Assembly (NCBI GenBank): GCA_965277715.1
Contig: OZ255836.1
Span: 4,111,632 to 4,175,631 of the forward strand
Source: Gammaproteobacteria bacterium
Lineage (GTDB): Bacteria > Pseudomonadota > Gammaproteobacteria > JBCCGL01
DNA length: 64,000 nucleotides
Reading direction: 5' to 3'
Shown: one piece after another, positions 56,582 to 64,000 of the stretch
Numbering within the stretch: the stretch's first letter is position 1
Layout: each line of letters starts with the position of its first letter
Notes under the pieces: model-generated
Told to the model about the DNA's origin: nothing
Seen by the model: only the letters and a program-made list of their open reading frames with translations
The model's database searches: none
Program-made: the position numbers and the translations under genes

Positions 56582-57736
56582 ATGGCCTGGAATGAACCGG
56601 GTGGTGGCAATAAAGATCCGTGGGGTAAGAACAATCAGGATGGCCCACCCGATCTGGACGAAGTGTTCAAAAACGTTCAATCCAAAGTCAGCGATATTTT
56701 TGGCAAAGGCAAACCCAATGGCGGTTCCCCGTCTGGCTCTGGCATACCTGGCCGGTTTGGTGCGCTGGGTGGTTCGCTGCTTTTTATCGTACTGGTTATT
56801 GCCTGGTTAGCGACAGGCGTTTACATCATCCAGCCAGCGGAGCGGGGTGTCATTACGCAATTTGGCCGATACGCCAGCACCTCACTGGCAGGCCCTCACT
56901 GGCATATTCCCTGGCCAATACAGGAGCTGGAGCGCGTCAACGTTGACCAGAATCGCTCAATACGTATGCGCGGGCAAACCATCCTGACACGCGATGAAAA
57001 CATCGTCGAAATCGATATGGCGGTGCAATACAACGTCAATAGTGCCGAGGATTTTCTATTTAAAGTGCGCGATCCCGATGCGACGCTTCAGGATATTGCT
57101 GAAAGTGCCGTGCGCGAGGTGATTGGCAAAAATGACATGGATTTCATTATTACCCAGGGGCGCGACGCGATTGCCGGTTCGACCAAAGACAATATGCAAA
57201 GGTTGTTGGATGAATACAAAACGGGCCTGCAAGTCACCACGGTGAACCTGGAGTCGGCACAGCCACCGGAGGCGGTGCAAGCGGCGTTTTCTGATGCAAT
57301 TAAAGCACGCGAAGACGAACAGCGCTTTATCAATGAAGCGGAAGCCTACTCAAACGGCATCATCCCACGTGCACGGGGTAATGCCAGGCAGTTACTGGAG
57401 GAGGCCAAAGGCTATCGCACACGGGTTGTTAAAGCCGCAGAAGGTGAAACCAAACGCTTTTTAGCCTTGTTGAAAGAGTATGAAAAAGCACCCAAGGTCA
57501 CTCGTGACCGGCTCTACATTGATGCGGTGGAAGGTGTTCTGAACAATACCAACAAAGTGGTTATCGATGTGGAGGGCGGTAATAATCTGATGTACCTGCC
57601 ATTGGATAAACTGATCAATCAAAACAATACGCCCCGCAGTGAGGTTGACACACAAGATGGCGAAAACCAATTTGCGTTGCCAACCCAAAGCACTCAACCG
57701 AACAAGATTAATCGCCGTACACGGGGGAGCAACTAA
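56582..57736 (+). CDS. hflK: FtsH protease modulator HflK
   Basis: MAWNEPGGGNKDPWG… N-terminus, a Gly/Ser-rich linker, a TM helix and an SPFH domain. Colinear with E. coli HflK. Confidence 0.9.
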   Translation: MAWNEPGGGNKDPWGKNNQDGPPDLDEVFKNVQSKVSDIFGKGKPNGGSPSGSGIPGRFGALGGSLLFIVLVIAWLATGVYIIQPAERGVITQFGRYASTSLAGPHWHIPWPIQELERVNVDQNRSIRMRGQTILTRDENIVEIDMAVQYNVNSAEDFLFKVRDPDATLQDIAESAVREVIGKNDMDFIITQGRDAIAGSTKDNMQRLLDEYKTGLQVTTVNLESAQPPEAVQAAFSDAIKAREDEQRFINEAEAYSNGIIPRARGNARQLLEEAKGYRTRVVKAAEGETKRFLALLKEYEKAPKVTRDRLYIDAVEGVLNNTNKVVIDVEGGNNLMYLPLDKLINQNNTPRSEVDTQDGENQFALPTQSTQPNKINRRTRGSN

Positions 57737-58614
57737 TGAACCGATTGTTATTTATTGTTATTCTCGCCGGTTTGTCCGCGTTAGTGATCAATTCAGCTAC
57801 TTTTACCGTGCATGAAAAAGAGCGGGCAATAAAGCTGGCGCTGGGGGAAATTGTCGAAACCGAATTTACACCGGGTCTCTACTTCAAACTGCCTTTCTAT
57901 AACTCGATACGAAAATACGACGGTAGGATTCTCACTCTGGATGCCCGCCCTGAGCGGGTGTTAACCAGCGAGAAGAAAAACGTTATTGTCGATTCGTTTA
58001 TGAAATGGAAAATCGGTGAAGTTGGCCGTTATTTTCGCGCCACAGGAGGGGATGAAAGGCGTGCATTGGCACTGTTGTCACAATTTGTCCGCAAGAGTGT
58101 GCTCGATTCCTTTGGTCGACGCACTGTGCAGGAGGTTATCTCCGGCGAGCGGGCCGAACTGATGGCAGAAGTGCAGACCGAAGTGCAACAACAGGCGACA
58201 GATCTCGGTATCGAAATTATCGATGTGCGGGTGAAAAAAGTGGAATTGCCCGAGGATGTCAGTGATTCGGTGTTCAGCCGTATGGAAAAAGAGCGTGCAA
58301 CGGTTGCCAAGGCATTTCGTTCACGCGGTGAAGAGCAGGCCAAAGGCATTCGTGCCGACGCCGAGCGTCAACGCGAAGAAATTCTCGCAGAAGCCTACAG
58401 CGAATCTCAGCAGATTCGTGGTGAAGGTGATGCGACTGCCACCGAAATCTATGCCCGGGCGTATAACCGTGACGCAGAATTTTACCGCTTTTCCAGAAGC
58501 CTGAACGCCTATCGGAATACGATTGGGGGAAATGGCGATATGCTGGTGATAAAGCCTGATTCAGAGTTCTTTCGTTACTTTAATGACTCGAATGGAAGCT
58601 TACCATCGCAGTAA
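57736..58614 (+). CDS. hflC: FtsH protease modulator HflC
   Basis: N-terminal TM helix plus SPFH domain. C-terminal …DSEFFRYF… as in HflC. The ATG overlaps the hflK stop. Confidence 0.9.
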   Translation: MNRLLFIVILAGLSALVINSATFTVHEKERAIKLALGEIVETEFTPGLYFKLPFYNSIRKYDGRILTLDARPERVLTSEKKNVIVDSFMKWKIGEVGRYFRATGGDERRALALLSQFVRKSVLDSFGRRTVQEVISGERAELMAEVQTEVQQQATDLGIEIIDVRVKKVELPEDVSDSVFSRMEKERATVAKAFRSRGEEQAKGIRADAERQREEILAEAYSESQQIRGEGDATATEIYARAYNRDAEFYRFSRSLNAYRNTIGGNGDMLVIKPDSEFFRYFNDSNGSLPSQ

Positions 58615-58722
58615 CTGTTCCTCTTTTATGTCACCAGGAGCCTGTCGGGTTTAGGCGCTTGTAGCGAGGGCCAAATCGGCTTTTCCGCAGTAGAGCAGTT
58701 CTGAATCTGACAGGCTCCTGGT

Positions 58723-58757
58723 AGGGCGCGGGGGCGTGTTCTCCCGCGCCTTTTTTG
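58723..58757 (+). terminator. rho-independent terminator after hflC
   Basis: GGCGCGGGGGCGTGTTCTCCCGCGCC followed by TTTTTT. Confidence 0.7.
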
Positions 58758-58781
58758 CGGCCCTTACATTAGTCAATACCT

Positions 58782-58967
58782 ATGTGGACGGATATTCTCA
58801 CAGCAGTGTCACTGCTTTTCGTGTTTGAAGGCCTATTGCCGTTTATCAATCCGCACGCCTACCGGCGTAGCGTTGCCCAGATGTTGCGGCTGCATGTTAC
58901 CCACCTGAGGTTGTTCGGTTTGGGCAGTATGTTATTCGGTGTTGTACTGTTATATTTTGTCAGGTAA
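58782..58967 (+). CDS. DUF2065-type small membrane protein
   Basis: 61 aa with two TM helices. It occupies the conserved slot between hflC and hisZ. Confidence 0.4.
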   Translation: MWTDILTAVSLLFVFEGLLPFINPHAYRRSVAQMLRLHVTHLRLFGLGSMLFGVVLLYFVR

Positions 58968-58982
58968 ACCCTCATTGACACT

Positions 58983-60125
58983 GTGAACAATAATACTATC
59001 TGGATGTTGCCTGAGGGCATTGATGAACTTTTGCCGCCACAGGCCTGGGCTTTGGAGCTGTTGCGCCGCAAAATACTCGATCACTACTGGCGCTGTGGTT
59101 ACGATCTGGTGCAACCGCCCCATATTGAATACATTGAGTCATTGCTGGTAGGCACTGGGCACGAATTTGACTTGCAGACCTTTAAATTAATCGATCAACT
59201 CAATGGGCGCACACTGGGTGTGCGTGCCGATATGACGCCACAGGTGGCGCGTATCGATGCGCATCGTCTAAACCAGGAGGGTGCGGTGCGCCTGTGCTAT
59301 CTGGGCACAGTATTGCGCACCCGACCGGATGGCTTTGCCGGTGGCCGCAGCCCGCTACAGCTCGGGGCGGAAATTTACGGCCATAAAGGCGTTGAGAGCG
59401 ATGCGGAAGTGCTGTGTTTGATGCTGGAGACATTACAGCTTGCCGGGCTGGAGAATATTTACCTGGATATTGGCCATGTGGGTATTTTTCGTGGGCTTGC
59501 CGACCAGGCAAAACTCAATGCACAACAAACACACACCTTATTTGAGATGTTGCAGCGTAAGTCCAGAGCTGAAATTGATGACTTTGTTGATAGTAGTGAG
59601 TGCCCACCGGATGTAGCCGGGCAGCTCAAGGCATTAATCGATTTGAACGGTGATCAATCAGTACTCACGAAGGCCGACACACTATTTGCCAATGCCAATA
59701 CACAGGTGCGTGATGCTGTCCAGTATTTGTGCAGACTGTCGGCATTAGTGACCAGTCGATTTGAGGACACCCCACTCAATTTTGATTTGGCCGAGCTGCG
59801 CGGTTATCACTATCACACCGGGGTCGTATTTGCCGCGTATCAGCATGGGCAGGGGCAGGAAATAGCACGCGGTGGTCGCTACGATGATATAGGCGAAGCG
59901 TTTGGTCGTGCCCGCCCCGCCACGGGTTTTAGCACTGACCTGAAGTCATTGGCAGTCAAGGGCCGGGCCGGGCAGGATACCGCGCAGTCGGCGGCGGAAA
60001 CTTTTGCGCCATTTCCTATGCACAATGCTGCATGGCAAAACGTGCAGGCCCTGCGTGCACAGGGGCGCCGGGTCGTCTGTGAATTATCTGCACAGCAAAC
60101 GGGGCAATCAGGTTGTGCGAAATAA
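58983..60125 (+). CDS. hisZ: ATP phosphoribosyltransferase regulatory subunit
   Basis: 380 aa with a class-II aaRS-like (HisRS paralogue) pattern. The conserved hflKC-hisZ-purA synteny supports the call. Confidence 0.8.
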   Translation: MNNNTIWMLPEGIDELLPPQAWALELLRRKILDHYWRCGYDLVQPPHIEYIESLLVGTGHEFDLQTFKLIDQLNGRTLGVRADMTPQVARIDAHRLNQEGAVRLCYLGTVLRTRPDGFAGGRSPLQLGAEIYGHKGVESDAEVLCLMLETLQLAGLENIYLDIGHVGIFRGLADQAKLNAQQTHTLFEMLQRKSRAEIDDFVDSSECPPDVAGQLKALIDLNGDQSVLTKADTLFANANTQVRDAVQYLCRLSALVTSRFEDTPLNFDLAELRGYHYHTGVVFAAYQHGQGQEIARGGRYDDIGEAFGRARPATGFSTDLKSLAVKGRAGQDTAQSAAETFAPFPMHNAAWQNVQALRAQGRRVVCELSAQQTGQSGCAK

Positions 60126-60157
60126 TGGGTGGCCCCTCGAAATTAAAGCGAAGTTAA

Positions 60158-61483
<1,326 letters not shown>

Positions 61484-61523
61484 TGGGTATTTTAATCGGT
61501 AGTCGATAGTACCGCCCGTCTAT

Positions 61524-62414
61524 ATGCAACACCGTCCGCTTCTTTACGGCGTGCTGTTCGCTATGGCCTCGGCATTTGCCTACGGCATGAACACCCCCTT
61601 CGCACCGGCTGTATTTGCCGGGGGCGGTACAGCCATTCTGGTGATACTGCTGCGGGCGTTGGGCGCTGTAATACTGTCTGCGCTGTGCCTGCCATTCTTT
61701 AATAAAACAGATTACCGGCACACGCGGACTCTGCCTGTCTGCGCATTGCTCGCCGTTTTTCTGTTTGCCCAGGGTTGGTTGTACGTCAGTTCGGTAGCCT
61801 TTATCCCTGTGAGCCTGGCGGCATTGTTATTTTTTACCTGGCCTGTACTGGTGGGCACAGTGGCCATTTGCCGTAAACAGAGTGGCATCCCCTTATCGCA
61901 GTTGCTTTATTTTGTTGTGGCACTGGGTGGGCTGGGGCTTGCTCTTGGTGCGGATTTTCACACGCTGGATGCGAGAGGCATTGCATTTGCCTGCTGTGGG
62001 GCCGTGTGTATGGCGATTTATGTACTCGCCACCTCACGCTGCCTGCCCGCTGAAGCTAACCCGGTACTACTCAACATGCAAATCAATGCGGTGATTGTCG
62101 TTATCGCTTTGATTGTCATGCTGTTGTTGGAGGACTTTTCACTGCCAACGGGCGCCGATGCGCTGCGTAGCCTGACGATTATGATTGTTTTTTACGCCTT
62201 CGCCACCTGCGCACAAATTATCGCCATTCGCCATGCGGGCGCCCCTTTGGCGGCATTGTTTTTCAACCTGGAGCCGGTGGTGTCGATTCTGCTGGCGGCG
62301 CTGCTGTTAGCTGAAACCCTGTCTTACCAACAGTATATCGGTGGCAGCATAGTTATAATTGCATTAATCCTCTACAGTGCGCACCGCTGTTTCCGGCCAG
62401 CGGTTATCAAATAG
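61524..62414 (+). CDS. DMT-superfamily (EamA-like) transporter
   Basis: 296 aa with about 10 TM helices in two EamA-like halves. Confidence 0.6.
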   Translation: MQHRPLLYGVLFAMASAFAYGMNTPFAPAVFAGGGTAILVILLRALGAVILSALCLPFFNKTDYRHTRTLPVCALLAVFLFAQGWLYVSSVAFIPVSLAALLFFTWPVLVGTVAICRKQSGIPLSQLLYFVVALGGLGLALGADFHTLDARGIAFACCGAVCMAIYVLATSRCLPAEANPVLLNMQINAVIVVIALIVMLLLEDFSLPTGADALRSLTIMIVFYAFATCAQIIAIRHAGAPLAALFFNLEPVVSILLAALLLAETLSYQQYIGGSIVIIALILYSAHRCFRPAVIK

Positions 62415-62651
62415 CGCCCTAAACGATTGCCGATAGACAGGGAAACACGCTGTGCTTGAATTCTGCTTTTCAAGCCGGTATGGTTCCCGCGTCGACACAT
62501 AAGTAATTGTCGTGTGTGGCGCAATACCGTTATTTTGCCTGGCAATGTTGAGTGTGATGGCCACGCAGAGTGACATTCTGTTTGACTTGATCGACGGAAA
62601 AATAATCGGGCACTGGCCCAATAATTAACCTTATTAAGTGAGGAAATAAGC

Positions 62652-63614
62652 ATGAGTAAAACCACTCGATACACTGCGGTTTGTGCAGCATTGTTATCGG
62701 CAAGCGTTAGCACTACGGCTGTCCAGGCGGCGGATATCGTGATCGGTGTACCGAACTGGCCTTCGGTTGCAGTGACTGCTGATATTTTAAAAGTTGTTCT
62801 GGAAGATAACTTTGGCTTGGAAGTTGAGCTGCAAAACGCCACCAATCCCGTTGTTTTTGAAGCGATGGATTCCGGTAGCATGCACGTCCATCCTGAAGTC
62901 TGGTTACCTAACCAAACCAACCTACACAACACCTTTGTAAAAGATAAAGGCACGGTTAGCATGAACCCTAACGGCGTTCCCGCGTTTCAGGGCATGTGTG
63001 TTACCAAAGGCACCGCAGACCGTACGGGTATCAAATCACTGTCTGATTTGTCTGACCCGGATATGGCTAAAAACTTCGATGCCAACGGCGATGGCATGGG
63101 TGAGGTATGGGTAGGTGCATCTGGCTGGGCATCAACCAGTGTCGAAAAAATTCGCGCCAAAAGCTATGGTTATGACGAAACCATGGAACTGCTCGAAATG
63201 GACGAAACTCTGGCTATGGCACAGGTCGATGCAGCCGTTGCTAAAGATTCCAATCACGTCTTCTTCTGCTACACCCCAAACCACGTATTTGCACTACATG
63301 ACCTCGTTGTACTGGAAGAGCCTGCGTACGATGGCGCCAAATGGAAGGTTATCCAACCAACCGATGATCCGGATTGGCTGGAAAAATCCGATGCCCCCGT
63401 TGCATGGGATCTGGCTTACCTGCACATCCACTATGCAAGCTCGCTTAAAGAGTCTCACCCTGAAGCGGCCGCTATGCTGGCTAACGTAAAAATGGATACC
63501 GACCTGGTATCGGGCATGACCTATGCGCTGGTAGTGGATAAAGTCGATCCTGCGGAATACGCCAAACAGTGGGTTCAGGACAATGCAGAACTGGTGGAAA
63601 GCTGGTTGAAGTAA
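62652..63614 (+). CDS. glycine betaine/choline ABC transporter substrate-binding protein (OpuAC/ProX-like)
   Basis: Signal peptide plus OpuAC-type binding-domain sequence. It is immediately followed by a proV-type ATPase gene. Confidence 0.7.
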   Translation: MSKTTRYTAVCAALLSASVSTTAVQAADIVIGVPNWPSVAVTADILKVVLEDNFGLEVELQNATNPVVFEAMDSGSMHVHPEVWLPNQTNLHNTFVKDKGTVSMNPNGVPAFQGMCVTKGTADRTGIKSLSDLSDPDMAKNFDANGDGMGEVWVGASGWASTSVEKIRAKSYGYDETMELLEMDETLAMAQVDAAVAKDSNHVFFCYTPNHVFALHDLVVLEEPAYDGAKWKVIQPTDDPDWLEKSDAPVAWDLAYLHIHYASSLKESHPEAAAMLANVKMDTDLVSGMTYALVVDKVDPAEYAKQWVQDNAELVESWLK

Positions 63615-63656
63615 ATCGTTACTAATGTCACTTAATGTGCATTATTAACGGGTAAT

Positions 63657-63692
63657 AAACGGGCGGTGCAGTCTTGTACCGCCCGTTTTTTT
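63657..63692 (+). terminator. rho-independent terminator after the betaine-binding protein gene
   Basis: AAACGGGCGGTGCAGTCTTGTACCGCCCGTTTTTTTT. Confidence 0.75.
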
Positions 63693-63758
63693 TAAAGCTG
63701 CTTTCTTATTGACAGTGATAGTTAGCGGTTATAGAAAGATAATAATAGGGGGTACCCA

Positions 63759-64000
63759 CTTGAACGAGCAAGTTATTAAGCTTGAAGGTGTCTGGAAGAT
63801 TTTCGGTACACGCGCAGAAGAGGCGATGCAGGCGGTTGTCCAGGAGGGGCTGAGTAAACCGCAGGTATTGGAAAAATATGGATGCGTTGTCGGTATCGCC
63901 GATTGTTCTTTTGAAGTGTCGCGTGGGGAAATTTTCTGTGTAATGGGGCTGTCCGGTTCCGGTAAATCCACGATGGTTCGCCACCTCAACCGCCTTATTG
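63759..64000 (+). CDS. proV: glycine betaine/proline ABC transporter ATP-binding protein, 5' part (runs off the window)
   Basis: TTG start with a GGGGG RBS. MNEQVIKLEGVWKIFG…EKYGCVVGIADCSFEVSRGEIFCVMGLSGSGKSTMVRHLNRL is colinear with the ProV N-terminus, including Walker A. Confidence 0.8.

Overview
This 64 kb window reads as a gammaproteobacterial chromosome with a Pseudomonas/Cellvibrio-like gene order, interrupted by one accessory stretch.

Core and flagellar segment (1-23000): it starts with the 3' part of a ChpA/PilL-like CheA-CheW-REC hybrid kinase and a CheW-like gene, then a secreted pentapeptide-repeat protein and a convergent H+-pyrophosphatase (hppA). A conserved cell-wall/lipoate cluster follows (mrdA, rodA, mltB, rlpA, a PBP5/6 carboxypeptidase, a class-IV D-amino-acid aminotransferase, ybeD, lipB, lipA). 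After it comes a flagellar filament cluster: a divergent DUF115/Maf-like gene, then fliC, flaG, fliD, fliS, a FliT-like gene and fleQ, with recognisable sigma28 and sigma54 promoters.

Accessory segment (about 23000-39500): downstream of fleQ the flagellar regulon stops (no fleSR here). The accessory stretch begins with a perfect 47-bp x8 tandem repeat array and a (GGN)n tract. It then carries a translationally coupled two-gene operon: a stand-alone CHAT/caspase-like protease, followed by a 1540-aa protein. That protein has a signal peptide, about 16 WD40 blades encoded by nucleotide-identical 126/252-bp tandem repeats, a single TM helix and a C-terminal STAND/AAA_16-like ATPase with a winged helix. 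I regard this pair as the most interesting element: an apoptosome-like, apparently trans-envelope NTPase/protease candidate conflict or signalling system. Next is an AT-rich island with three copies of a ~95-bp MITE-like element, a MITE-disrupted gene, HExxH-motif secreted proteins and an IS4-family insertion sequence.

Core segment (39500-64000): a YejABEF-like peptide ABC transporter with a dipeptide epimerase and a DUF1611 gene, ubiC, an Rpn-family nuclease, a SoxYZ-like pair, an SDR oxidoreductase and a CsiV-like gene. The window ends with mfd, hflK, hflC, hisZ, purA, a DMT transporter and a glycine-betaine ABC transporter (proX-like; proV runs off the 3' edge).
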